DNA of 64,000 nucleotides from Candidatus Xenobia bacterium (GCA_045863235.1 BTUM01000001.1:1-64000), one strand, 5' to 3'. Positions 50,046 through 59,151 are shown, counted from the first letter of the stretch. Program-made: numbers and translations. The notes: generated from the sequence alone by a model not told the origin.

Positions 50046-51113
50046 ATGGAAGAAAGCATGTTCTTGGAGAGCCTGGTGTCCGCCTGGGGCGGCGAGGATG
50101 TTTCCGAGGAAAAGCTTTACCCCGACGAGTCCGATTCACCTAATCTCAACGTCCTGATCCGCACGGCTCGCAAGTATCTCGACGACAAGGTCACTCCTAC
50201 CCAGTTTCTGGAGGAGGTCAAGGGCATGATGGCCCGCCTCGATCAGGCTCTTACCGAGCACAGGGCCCTCTACCAGATTCCTGGGATCACCGATGAAGTG
50301 CGTGAGGTGGCCGATCGGGCCGAGGCCGCCTTCGACGAGTTTCGGCGAGGTCTGTCCGATTTTCTGCGTTACTTTGACCAGCAAGATCCGGTGGTGCTCG
50401 AGGAAGGCATCAACACTTGCAAGGTTGCCTCCAAGAAGCTTCGTGATTCCTACCAGAAGTTCGAGGAAATCCAACGTCGCGACCAGATGTCGCGCTGCTT
50501 GATGTGCGGCCACCTCAATCAGTCGAATGTGCGCAACTGCCTGAAGTGCGGAGCCGTTCTGCCCGATGAGATGGAGCGGACGGCTGCCAGCAAGACCGAG
50601 ACTTCCAGTGACCTGGTCATGGTGCCACCCGAATACATGCAACTTTATCAAGCCTGCGACCTGGTGGCCGGGCAGAAAATTCCCACCGAGCAGTGGCGGG
50701 CGGTGGTGGATACCTTTCTGGTCTCCTTTACTCAGTCGAGAGCTTTTGTGGAAGAGCAACTTGCCGCCCAGGCGGAGGCGTTGGGAGAGATCTCCGAGCT
50801 AGAGGGCATCGCCAGTCTGCTTGTGCGCGGGCTGACCGAGGCCGAGAAATCGCTCGATTTGATGCTGCAGTATGAGGAAGATGGGGAGGTCGATCACCTC
50901 AATCAAGGCTGGATGGACCTCCTGAAGGCCACCCGCAAGGTCCAAGAGGCCGGGGTCGGCTTCTACCAGACCCTGGAGGCTCTCCAGCGCGCGGAGGATG
51001 AGGCTATGGAGGCAGTGGGCGAAGAGGAACTGGTCGAAGAGGAGGAGGCCGTCGAGGAAGACTACGGTGGACCGGAGCCGGCCGGGGATCAGATCGAGTT
51101 CGAGGAGGAGTAA
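50046..51113 (+). CDS. Hypothetical helical protein with central zinc ribbon
   Basis: CLMCGHLN..NCLKCGA; acidic C-terminal tail. Confidence 0.8.
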   Translation: MEESMFLESLVSAWGGEDVSEEKLYPDESDSPNLNVLIRTARKYLDDKVTPTQFLEEVKGMMARLDQALTEHRALYQIPGITDEVREVADRAEAAFDEFRRGLSDFLRYFDQQDPVVLEEGINTCKVASKKLRDSYQKFEEIQRRDQMSRCLMCGHLNQSNVRNCLKCGAVLPDEMERTAASKTETSSDLVMVPPEYMQLYQACDLVAGQKIPTEQWRAVVDTFLVSFTQSRAFVEEQLAAQAEALGEISELEGIASLLVRGLTEAEKSLDLMLQYEEDGEVDHLNQGWMDLLKATRKVQEAGVGFYQTLEALQRAEDEAMEAVGEEELVEEEEAVEEDYGGPEPAGDQIEFEEE

Positions 51114-51116
51114 GCT

Positions 51117-53396
51117 TTGCCCGTCGTTCCCCCGCTGGGCACCGAGCGCTACCTCAACTATCACGAGTTAGCCGAATACATGCGCAGCGTTGAGGCGGCC
51201 GCTCCGCACCTGGTCCGGCTCTATTCGATCGGGACCTCCCCGGAGGGCCGGGCCTTGCTCCTGGCCGAGGTCACCAATCGCGGGTCCGGTGAGGGCCCCG
51301 AGAAGCCCGCCATCTGGCTGGATGGCAACTTGAACGCATCCGAGCTGGTTGGCTCGATGGCTTGCCTGGAAGTTCTGTACCAGCTGGCTGCAGGCCACGG
51401 ACGGGACGAGTTTGTGACCCACCTGCTGGACACTCGGACATTTTACATCGCCCCCCGCCTGGCGGTGGACGGGGCCGAGTACTGCTTGAACACCCAGGAT
51501 GTCGTGCGCTCTGGCATTCGCCTCGATCCGTTTGAGGAGGATCGACCCGGCCTGACCCCGGCTGACATCAACTCGGATGGGCGCATCCTGCAGATGCGGG
51601 TGGAAGACCCTCTGGGGGAGTGGCGTCCGTCACGGCGCGATCCCCGGCTGCTCGTTCCGCGCGGGCCGGGCGACCGTCAGGGCCCCTTCTATCGAGTCTT
51701 CCGCGAGGGTTACTTCGATCTGGAGCATCTGCGAGTCGGTCCCCGTCGTCAGGGCGTCGAGTTCGATCGCAACTTCCCGCACGAGTTCGGGCCCGGGGCC
51801 GGGGCCGGGCCCTACCCCCTTTCCGAGCCGGAGACCCGTTGCGTGGCAGAATTCGTCCGCCATCACCCCAATTTGTGTGTGGCGCTCTCGTGTCATACGG
51901 GCGGAGGTCTGGTGCAGCACCCGCAGACCGATCACATGGCCGAGCGCGATCGTGAGCTGTATGACGCCATGGGCCGGCAGGTCAGTGAGTTGACCGGTTT
52001 CCCTGTGCAGGCTGCTCCTCCCGGCCAGGGTGGGCGCATGGACCAGTGGCTCTATCATGATCGTGGCATTCTGGCCTTTCGCAGCCGTCTGTGGTCGATT
52101 GCCCGGGCCGCGGGCCTGGAGTCCACTCAGCCCTCCCGCACCGAGGTGGACAATTACACCCTGCTGCGTTGGCTGGATCGCGAGCTTCCAGGGCAGGGTT
52201 TCACCCCCTGGACCGCCTGGGAGCACCCCCAACTCGGGCGCGTCGAAGTCGGGGGCTGGCACCTGCTCACCACCTGGGTGAATCCTCCTCCCGGCCTGTA
52301 CCTGCGCGAGGAGATTCAAAAGCACGTTCGGGTGGCTATGCTACTGGCTTCGGCTCTGCCTCGTCTGGGAGCCAGTCGCCTGCGCGAGGAGACGGTAGGG
52401 TGGTCGGACCGACGCAAGGTTCCACGAGGTTCTGGCTCTCAGCCCGAGCCGGCTACGCCGGGCGAGTCCCCCGTCCCGTTGCGCAAAGTTACGCTCGAAC
52501 TGGAGAATCAGGGTTATCTGTCCACCTCTGTCACCCAGCGGATGGCCGAGATCGGTCAGCGCTGCCCTGTTCACGTTGTGCTCGAGCTGCCCGAGGGAGC
52601 CGAGGTGATGCTCGGTCGGGTGCGCCACGAGCTCGATGGGCTCAGCGGAACCGGTTCGGTCCATCACCAGTCCAATGTGGACGTGGTCTGGTTCTCGGGG
52701 GGCGAGGAGCGCCCCCGCGAGCTCCTGGAATGGCTCATTCGCGGGACTGGCGACGTGCGCGTGGTGGCTCGCTGCGAGCGCGCGGGACAGATCAAGTTGC
52801 TGAGCCGGATGGCCAGCGTCGAGCCGCCCGCGATGCCGGTGCCTCCCCCTGCGCCTCCGGTTCGGCCCCCGGCTCCACCAACTCGCGCTCCTCGACCGGC
52901 CATTCCAGAGGTGCCAGTGCCCGGCTTCGGCCCGGCACCCGCGGCTGTGCCAGCGGTGGCTCGATTTGGCGAAAATCCTCCCTTGCAGCCGTCCGCCCCG
53001 GCGCCGGCGGCAGTTGCCCCTCCGACTCCCCCTCCTGCTCGGCCGGCCCCGCCGCCGGTTGCGGAGCCTGTAGCGCCCGCCAGTTCAGGTCGAGTCCTGG
53101 GAACCCCCCCTTCGAAGGCAGGCTCGGCACCACGTCCCATGCCGTCGAACGAGCTGCAGACTCCAGCGACTTCGCAAGATAGTGGAGGTTTTGAGCTACA
53201 ACCTCTTTCGGTGACCCGTGAGTCGCCTTCTCGGCCTCCCCTGGGCTCGCGTCCGCCCGCAACCTCGGGTCAACGGCCAGCCGAGCCCCCATTGAGCTCG
53301 CAACCTCCGGCTCCGGAGGCTCCCGAAGCACCTCCGGCCGCTTCCAAGATCCCGACGCCTCTCTTGTTGCGCCGTTTGCGCGAGAAGAACAAGTAA
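51117..53396 (+). CDS. M14 family carboxypeptidase-like protein with Pro-rich tail (possibly inactive)
   Basis: SIGTSPEGR, KPAIWLDGN..ASE, DRNFP, PLSEPETR, HPQLGRVEVGG. Confidence 0.85.
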   Translation: MPVVPPLGTERYLNYHELAEYMRSVEAAAPHLVRLYSIGTSPEGRALLLAEVTNRGSGEGPEKPAIWLDGNLNASELVGSMACLEVLYQLAAGHGRDEFVTHLLDTRTFYIAPRLAVDGAEYCLNTQDVVRSGIRLDPFEEDRPGLTPADINSDGRILQMRVEDPLGEWRPSRRDPRLLVPRGPGDRQGPFYRVFREGYFDLEHLRVGPRRQGVEFDRNFPHEFGPGAGAGPYPLSEPETRCVAEFVRHHPNLCVALSCHTGGGLVQHPQTDHMAERDRELYDAMGRQVSELTGFPVQAAPPGQGGRMDQWLYHDRGILAFRSRLWSIARAAGLESTQPSRTEVDNYTLLRWLDRELPGQGFTPWTAWEHPQLGRVEVGGWHLLTTWVNPPPGLYLREEIQKHVRVAMLLASALPRLGASRLREETVGWSDRRKVPRGSGSQPEPATPGESPVPLRKVTLELENQGYLSTSVTQRMAEIGQRCPVHVVLELPEGAEVMLGRVRHELDGLSGTGSVHHQSNVDVVWFSGGEERPRELLEWLIRGTGDVRVVARCERAGQIKLLSRMASVEPPAMPVPPPAPPVRPPAPPTRAPRPAIPEVPVPGFGPAPAAVPAVARFGENPPLQPSAPAPAAVAPPTPPPARPAPPPVAEPVAPASSGRVLGTPPSKAGSAPRPMPSNELQTPATSQDSGGFELQPLSVTRESPSRPPLGSRPPATSGQRPAEPPLSSQPPAPEAPEAPPAASKIPTPLLLRRLREKNK

Positions 53397-53518
53397 AAAA
53401 AGAACGCCCCCGGGGTAGGAGGCGGATCAAGGAGGAACCAGTTCAAACGATTCGCCCGGCTTACTTGGGAAAGCTTCGGAAGGGGACCGAGCGAAGAGTG
53501 CAACCTGCTTGAACTGGT
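53395..53518 (-). ncRNA. Candidate small regulatory RNA (~120 nt)
   Basis: Own promoter; long 5' hairpin whose G-U wobbles work only on the minus strand; single-stranded CCUCCUUGAUC linker; intrinsic terminator CGCCTCC-tacccc-GGGGGCG-TTCTTTTTTT. Confidence 0.7.
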
Positions 53519-53521
53519 AAC

Positions 53522-53551
53522 AGTCTAACACCTTCTTCGTAACTTTGTCAA
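53522..53551 (-). promoter_or_regulatory. sigma70 promoter of the candidate sRNA
   Basis: TTGACA (53551-53546)-N18-TAGACT (53527-53522), TG extended -10. Confidence 0.75.
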
Positions 53552-53563
53552 CCCTCGATGTAG

Positions 53564-53596
53564 TTATTCACACAAGAATTGTGGGAATGTGGATAA
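53564..53596. promoter_or_regulatory. DnaA box pair
   Basis: TTATTCACA 53564-53572(+) and TGTGGATAA 53588-53596 (perfect TTATCCACA on the minus strand). Confidence 0.7.
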
Positions 53597-53639
53597 AGTT
53601 TGTGGTGGAAAGAGGGATCGTGTGTTCGTTTTGTAGAAC

Positions 53640-54200
53640 ATGATCCCAGTGCTGAAGCGGATTACGGCAGAGAGACAGTTCGAGCTTTTTCCCGGAGCCA
53701 TGCCATACGTTTCGCAGGGAGATGCGGCTCGCGCACTTGGTCAGGATGATGCAGGCAAAGACATCACCCCTCGCATCATTCAATATTGGGAGAGCCAGGG
53801 TCTCCTTCATCCAGAGCTCCCCGTGGAGGGTCGTAGCCGACGCTATACGCAGCAAGACCTGGTGGAGCTCAAGTTTATCAAAACGCTGGTAGTGGATCAG
53901 GGTTACACGGTGCCTTCGCTAAAGGCCAAGCTGGCCAGTTTGGAGGCGCCCTACTACTACGACCCGGCCGATTGTTTCTGGGACCTACCGTCCCAGAGCT
54001 GGAAGAGTCGCAGCGACCTGGCGGTGGAGCGTCTTTCGCAAGTCCGCGAGCAATTGGAGAGTCGCACCATCCAGGCCCTGGAGCGGCTCCTACCAGGGGA
54101 CTTGAAGAGAGCTGTTCGCGCCCTGCTCGACCTGGTACGCGATGCTCTGGAAGGGAAGGCGCTGGCTCCCGCCCGTCGTGCTCCTCGTCGCAAGGGTTAG
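53640..54200 (+). CDS. MerR-family HTH transcriptional regulator
   Basis: ITPRIIQYWESQGLLHP..RRYTQQDL..LKFIK. Confidence 0.85.
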   Translation: MIPVLKRITAERQFELFPGAMPYVSQGDAARALGQDDAGKDITPRIIQYWESQGLLHPELPVEGRSRRYTQQDLVELKFIKTLVVDQGYTVPSLKAKLASLEAPYYYDPADCFWDLPSQSWKSRSDLAVERLSQVREQLESRTIQALERLLPGDLKRAVRALLDLVRDALEGKALAPARRAPRRKG

Positions 54201-54268
54201 CAGGGGGTGATGCATTTCTTTCCGGAGCGCATTCGCATTTTCTTGCCCTTAACTGGCTGCATCCGAGC

Positions 54269-54919
54269 TCAGTCGAAGTCGCTTTCGCCGGTCAGAAGAA
54301 TCTTGCCTGGCATCAGCTCCACCGGCTCTCCCTGGCTGCAACTGGGATCCTGGCAGGCTCTGGTCAGGTGCAGGACCAGTGCCTCGGGGTCAGTTGCGTC
54401 GGGGTGTTGACTCTGGACGCGGTCGGCGTAGACGTGTAGCCATTTCTGGATCGCCCGGCCGGGGCCGTCCTCGTTCCGCCCAACGACCTTGAGCCGGTCC
54501 ACTTCTCTTGGGCCCCACAGATCGACGAAGTTTTCCAGGGCACGCACGGCCCGAGCGCGATCAAGGCCCCGCAGATCGACCCCTGGAATGCCTGCCGGAG
54601 CTGGCAAACTCGGCGCCTTGTGACGGGCCAGGGGGGCGAAAGCCGTATCCTCGATGCGAGTTTTCTGGGCACGGACCTCGTCTGGCCCGGGGTCGTAGTC
54701 CACCAACCGTACGCCGGAGATCTCCGGATAGTAACGCCGGAACGTTCCTTCGATGGCCTTGAGCATGAAGGCGATGGGCGCTCCCGGACCGCTGCGACGA
54801 GCCTTCAGCTCGATCACGGCATCCTCGTCAACTCGGCTGAGCTGCAGAGTCAGCCCCTCGCGCTCGGCAGCAGGGCCAAGGCGGTCGAGAATCGACCCTA
54901 CTCGCTCCAAATCGATCAA
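54269..54919 (-). CDS. Hypothetical protein: NifU-C-like domain lacking CxxC plus Smr-like domain
   Basis: ERV..ILD.L.P..EG..LQL..VD / L.AIE..P.I..V pattern; VDLRGL..A..L..F..KVVG; TTGA-coupled to the upstream oxidoreductase. Confidence 0.6.
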   Translation of the reverse strand: MIDLERVGSILDRLGPAAEREGLTLQLSRVDEDAVIELKARRSGPGAPIAFMLKAIEGTFRRYYPEISGVRLVDYDPGPDEVRAQKTRIEDTAFAPLARHKAPSLPAPAGIPGVDLRGLDRARAVRALENFVDLWGPREVDRLKVVGRNEDGPGRAIQKWLHVYADRVQSQHPDATDPEALVLHLTRACQDPSCSQGEPVELMPGKILLTGESDFD

Positions 54920-57015
54920 GGGGCTACCTGAACTCCCGACTTACTCGCTCCCACTTCCGCCTTCTCCTTGTGCACCAGCCCGAGATTCATTCGGCCGTGG
55001 GTGAGGTAGGTCTCGTGCTTTTCTTGCACCGACATCTCGAAGTTGGAGGTGAAGGCCAGCGACTTGGTGGGACAGGCCTCGGTGCACAATCCGCAGTAGC
55101 AGCAGCGAGACAGGTCGATGGAGTAGATCTCGGGATACTCAAATCCTTCCTTGTTGACTGGAGACTCGAGATAGATACAGGCGTCCGGACATGCGTCCAC
55201 GCAGACTCCGCAACCCACGCACATCTCGGCCGCGCATCCGTAGCAGCGTTTTCCCTCGCGCTGAGCCATCTCCAGCGAAAAGCCGATCTCGACCTCGTCG
55301 AACGTCTTGATTCTTACCTCGCCCGGGATCTTGGGCTGAGGAACCTGATAGTTCATCGCCCGGAAAGGCTTCTCTTGAGGTTCCACATTCCACGGCTCGT
55401 GATGGTCGAAGTTGACAGCAGGAGGATCCTTGACCATCGACAGGCCGTGGAACTCGCGCTGTACGACCCCCGAGGACTCAGTCGGCATGGTGCCGTCCAC
55501 ATAGGGCGTCAATCCTACAACCGTGTCGTTCACCTTGTCCTTGAGCTGATAGGGGTAGAGGAACGGGAAGTTGCCCGGTTTCACCCCGTGCTTCTCGGCG
55601 ATGGCCAGGCAGCAGCGGTCGGACTGACCGATGGCATTGATGATGGTGGAGACGGTCACGATGTCCCCACAGGCCCACACCTTGCCGTTTGCGCGGGTTG
55701 TCTTGCCGCTTTTTTCGTCCACCACGATGGTTCCGTTGCGCCGGCGCTTGACATCGGAGGGAACCCAGGGCACGTCCACCTCGCGGCCCAGCGCGGTGAT
55801 GATCATGCCGCACTCCAGCACCTGCTCCGAGCCGGGGATCGGTACCGGTTTGCGTCGTCCCGAGCTGTCCTTGTCCCCGAGACGATTCAGGACCACCTTC
55901 ATACCCTTGAGCTGGCCATTCTCGATGACGATCTCATCGGGGGCGGTCAGCCACATGATGTGGACGCCCTCCTCCTCGCCGTCTTCAATCTCCTCTTCTT
56001 CGGAAGGCATCTCCTTGCGGGTGCGGCGGTAGATCATGGTGACTTCGGCCCCCATGCGTCGGCAGGTGCGGGCGCAGTCGAAGCCAGTGTTGCCTCCCCC
56101 AACCACCACCACCTTGTCGGGAACCTTGGTGAGCCGGCCCATCAGCTGCTCTTCAAGAAAGTCCTCGCCGTACCAGACCCAGGGCTTCTCCTCGTTGGGG
56201 AGTCCTAGATGGTAAGGTTTCCAGGCACCGGCCGCGATGATGACCTCGTCGTGGCGTTCTTCGAGCTCCTCAAACATCAGGTCCTGACCGATCTCGGTAT
56301 TGACCTGCAGGGTAATGCCGTCGAGGAAGTGGATGCGCTCCATCTCGCCATGGACCACGTGGCGGGGAAGCCGGTAAAGGGGGATACCCAGCGTCAGGAA
56401 GCCACCGGGCACGGATTTGGCCTCGTAGATGTGGCAGGCAAAACCCCACGAGCGGAGCAACATGGCGCACTGGTAGCCAGCCGGACCCCCGCCGATGATG
56501 CCCACCGACTTTCCATTGAGGGGGGCCCTGGTGCAATAATCCTCGTAACTGAAGCGCTCCTCGGGACTCAGGGTCATCTCCCAGTCTGAATAGACGCGCT
56601 TGAGCTTGCGGATGGCGATGGGCTGAGGCCCGGTGAAGCCGCGCGAGCAACGCTTCTCGCAGGGGGCGGGGCAGACTCGACCCAGCGTGGCCACGAACGG
56701 ATAGGTCTTGCGCAGCATCTCCAGGCCCTCACGCCAGCGGGCTTCGCCCGCCAGGGAGACATAACCGCGAGCGTCGGTATGGGCGGGACACCCTTCGGTG
56801 CAGGGCGCCCAACGGGTGCCGTGGTACCAGTCTGCTTTCTCGGAGATGGTTTGCTCGGTGTGAAAGTCGACCATGCGGAGCATACCACGTGAATTTGCGG
56901 GAATCTTGTCATGCTGCCAGGGGTACTGCACGGTTTCGGTGGGCCGGCGGAAGTTTCGCAGCGTGACCTTCATTCCCGTGAGGATGGCTTTCATGTTGTC
57001 GAGAAGGGTTGGCAT
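54916..57015 (-). CDS. FAD/NAD(P)H-dependent Fe-S oxidoreductase (GltD/DsrL-like) with NuoI-like N- and C-termini
   Basis: GMKVTL..TVQYP..RG; APC..CP, GRVCPAPCE..C, IIGGGPAG, GIP.YRLP, VVGGGNTGFDCAR, YRRT; CVGCGVCVDACP, IDLSRCCYCGLCTEACP. Confidence 0.88.
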   Translation of the reverse strand: MPTLLDNMKAILTGMKVTLRNFRRPTETVQYPWQHDKIPANSRGMLRMVDFHTEQTISEKADWYHGTRWAPCTEGCPAHTDARGYVSLAGEARWREGLEMLRKTYPFVATLGRVCPAPCEKRCSRGFTGPQPIAIRKLKRVYSDWEMTLSPEERFSYEDYCTRAPLNGKSVGIIGGGPAGYQCAMLLRSWGFACHIYEAKSVPGGFLTLGIPLYRLPRHVVHGEMERIHFLDGITLQVNTEIGQDLMFEELEERHDEVIIAAGAWKPYHLGLPNEEKPWVWYGEDFLEEQLMGRLTKVPDKVVVVGGGNTGFDCARTCRRMGAEVTMIYRRTRKEMPSEEEEIEDGEEEGVHIMWLTAPDEIVIENGQLKGMKVVLNRLGDKDSSGRRKPVPIPGSEQVLECGMIITALGREVDVPWVPSDVKRRRNGTIVVDEKSGKTTRANGKVWACGDIVTVSTIINAIGQSDRCCLAIAEKHGVKPGNFPFLYPYQLKDKVNDTVVGLTPYVDGTMPTESSGVVQREFHGLSMVKDPPAVNFDHHEPWNVEPQEKPFRAMNYQVPQPKIPGEVRIKTFDEVEIGFSLEMAQREGKRCYGCAAEMCVGCGVCVDACPDACIYLESPVNKEGFEYPEIYSIDLSRCCYCGLCTEACPTKSLAFTSNFEMSVQEKHETYLTHGRMNLGLVHKEKAEVGASKSGVQVAP

Positions 57016-57034
57016 GTGAATTGCTTCCTGAAGC

Positions 57035-57880
57035 TCAACCGCTTTCCTGCGCCATCTGGCGCAGCAACGACAGGTTGACCGCGTGCATGGTTTCGTGTTC
57101 AGGAGTCTCCAGGATCATCGGGATCGCCGCGAGTCGGTGGTCAGTCACCAGGCGGCGGAAGCCCTCTCGGCCAATCTCGCCCTGCCCGATGTGGGCGTGG
57201 CGATCCAGGCGGCTGCCGAGCGGTTTCTGAGAATCGTTCAGGTGCAGAGCCCAGAGGCGTTCAAGGCCGATCAGGCGGTCGAACTCTTTGAAGGTGCGCC
57301 GATAGCCCATCGAGGTCCTCAGGTCGTAGCCAGCTGCATAAACGTGGCAGGTGTCCAGGCAGACCCCCAACCGCGCGCTCCCGGTTCGGCTCAGCACCTC
57401 GGCGAGGTGCTCGAACCGGTGCCCCAGGCAGTGGCCCTGCCCGGCCGTGGTCTCCAGGAGGAGAGGGAGCGGTGGGGTGGCTCGCAGCACTTGCTTGAGT
57501 CCGCGGACGAAGCAGGTCAGGCCGCTCTTTTCTCCACGACCCAGGTGCGAGCCCATGTGCAGTACCAGACCGTCCAGACCCAGTTGATAGCAGCGCTCGA
57601 CCTCGTCAGTCAGAGATTCGATCGAGCGTGCGTAAACAGTCGGATCCTGGGCAGCCAGGTTGGTGAGATACATGTCGTGGGCCAGCACGGCGGGCCGTCC
57701 GGATGACTCGCGCTCGGCTCGGAAGGCCTGTACTGCGGCCATGGTAAGGGTCTTCCCCTGCCAACGGGCCGGAGCTCGAGTAAAGATCTGCAGGCAGTCG
57801 GCACCGATGGCTCTGGCGCGCTTGAAGGCTCGGGCAAGTCCGCCGGCAGCCGAGACATGGGCACCGAGCGGGGGGCTCAC
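57035..57880 (-). CDS. nfo: Endonuclease IV (AP endonuclease)
   Basis: LGAHVSAAGG, QIFT, HMG, LLETTAGQG, VCLDTCH.YAAGYD, HLNDS, DRHAHIG.G, ILETP. Confidence 0.96.
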   Translation of the reverse strand: MSPPLGAHVSAAGGLARAFKRARAIGADCLQIFTRAPARWQGKTLTMAAVQAFRAERESSGRPAVLAHDMYLTNLAAQDPTVYARSIESLTDEVERCYQLGLDGLVLHMGSHLGRGEKSGLTCFVRGLKQVLRATPPLPLLLETTAGQGHCLGHRFEHLAEVLSRTGSARLGVCLDTCHVYAAGYDLRTSMGYRRTFKEFDRLIGLERLWALHLNDSQKPLGSRLDRHAHIGQGEIGREGFRRLVTDHRLAAIPMILETPEHETMHAVNLSLLRQMAQESG

Positions 57881-58389
57881 TCCAGCAGCCACAGGATCTT
57901 TTGAAGGCCAACCTGGGGATTGCCCCCGTTCGAGTCGGCCAGGCCGATACTCAGCTCAAAGGCATCGATCGGGTCGGCTGGCAGAATCATGGGATGCAAA
58001 GGTGGGGCTGGCCTGAACGCCAGCTGAACGGGCCCAAATCCGCGCACGGTGGCTTCTGGAAGCCGGAAGTTGGTGCCCGCCAGGGTCACGGCGATCAGAC
58101 CGTCGGTGCCCCCGGGTTGAGTGGCCAGAAGGCAACTCAAAGTCAACTCCTTCAGGCGAAAGGTCCTGCCATCAGCGCTTTTGAAGCGCAGTTTGAAGGC
58201 CGCCAGGCCGCCACCTGCCTGAGGAACGAGGTAGAGAACGCCTTCTGCTCCGTCCTTGGGGTCGGAGTGAAGCCAGGCATTGCGATACATCGGCTCACTC
58301 AGGTTCTGGTGCACCTGGAAGCCGGTCATGCTCTGAGCACCTGGCATGACCGGGATGATTCCGATCATACCGGCAAAGGCATCGCTCAT
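57877..58389 (-). CDS. Hypothetical protein
   Basis: 170-aa ORF, GTGA-coupled to nfo. Confidence 0.6.
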   Translation of the reverse strand: MSDAFAGMIGIIPVMPGAQSMTGFQVHQNLSEPMYRNAWLHSDPKDGAEGVLYLVPQAGGGLAAFKLRFKSADGRTFRLKELTLSCLLATQPGGTDGLIAVTLAGTNFRLPEATVRGFGPVQLAFRPAPPLHPMILPADPIDAFELSIGLADSNGGNPQVGLQKILWLLE

Positions 58390-58512
58390 CGGGGCGGCGT
58401 TCGCCTCTGAGCCAGAGGTTCCTGGCTTGGTGTCTGGCTTCGGCAGTCACGCGGAGGGGAGGCTTGGAGCCTCGTTTACAGGGAAACGGGCCCGAGGAGG
58501 GAACCCCCATGG

Positions 58513-59151
58513 GTGATCCTTTCATGCCATACTGTCGGCCCGTTCGCGATGAATTGCTACATTGTGGCAGATGCAGATTCGAAAAGAGGCTTCGTGGTCG
58601 ACCCCGGCGATGAGATCGACCGCATTCTGGCTGACATTCGAAAGCACGACCTTAAGATCGAGCGCATTCTGTTGACCCACGGTCATATCGACCATGTGGC
58701 TTACGCTCAGGATTTGAAGGATGCACTGCAAGTCCCAATGTCGATTCATCGGGATGATCTGCCACTCCTGGAGCAAGTTCAGGGTCAGGCCATGATGTTT
58801 GGCCTGCCTCCTGGTCCCAAGCCCTTTGCTGATGGCAGATTGCAGGAGGGAGACGAGTTTTTTGCCGGCCGTCACAGGTTTCGAGTCCTCCACACGCCGG
58901 GACACTCGCCTGGCCACGTGATTCTGGCCGGAGACAAGGTCGCCTTTGTCGGTGACACCCTGTTTGCCGGGAGTATCGGCCGCACCGACTTGCCGGGTGG
59001 AAACTACGAAGTTTTGATGCGGTCCATTCGCGAGAAGATACTCCCCCTGGGAGACCAGCTCACGATCTATCCCGGGCATGGCCCGGAGTCTACGATTGGA
59101 GAGGAACGTCGCAGCAATCCCTTTTTGCAGAAGAGCTTTCATCCCGGCTAG
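58513..59151 (+). CDS. MBL-fold metallo-hydrolase (glyoxalase II-like)
   Basis: THGHIDH, HTPGHSPG, GDTLFAGSIGRTDLPGG, PGHG. Confidence 0.95.
   Translation: MILSCHTVGPFAMNCYIVADADSKRGFVVDPGDEIDRILADIRKHDLKIERILLTHGHIDHVAYAQDLKDALQVPMSIHRDDLPLLEQVQGQAMMFGLPPGPKPFADGRLQEGDEFFAGRHRFRVLHTPGHSPGHVILAGDKVAFVGDTLFAGSIGRTDLPGGNYEVLMRSIREKILPLGDQLTIYPGHGPESTIGEERRSNPFLQKSFHPG

Noticed and set aside
52830..53340. GC-rich short repeats
   Set aside because: Reflect Pro/Ala codons in a low-complexity tail; not a CRISPR or DNA repeat
53429..53435. AAGGAGG as a plus-strand ribosome-binding site
   Set aside because: No start codon at a usable distance; promoter, wobble pairs and U-tail all point to the minus strand
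53395..53518. Identification of the sRNA as SRP RNA, 6S RNA, tRNA or tmRNA
   Set aside because: No SRP helix-8 motif, no cloverleaf or tag ORF, and shorter than a typical 6S RNA; an Rfam search is still needed
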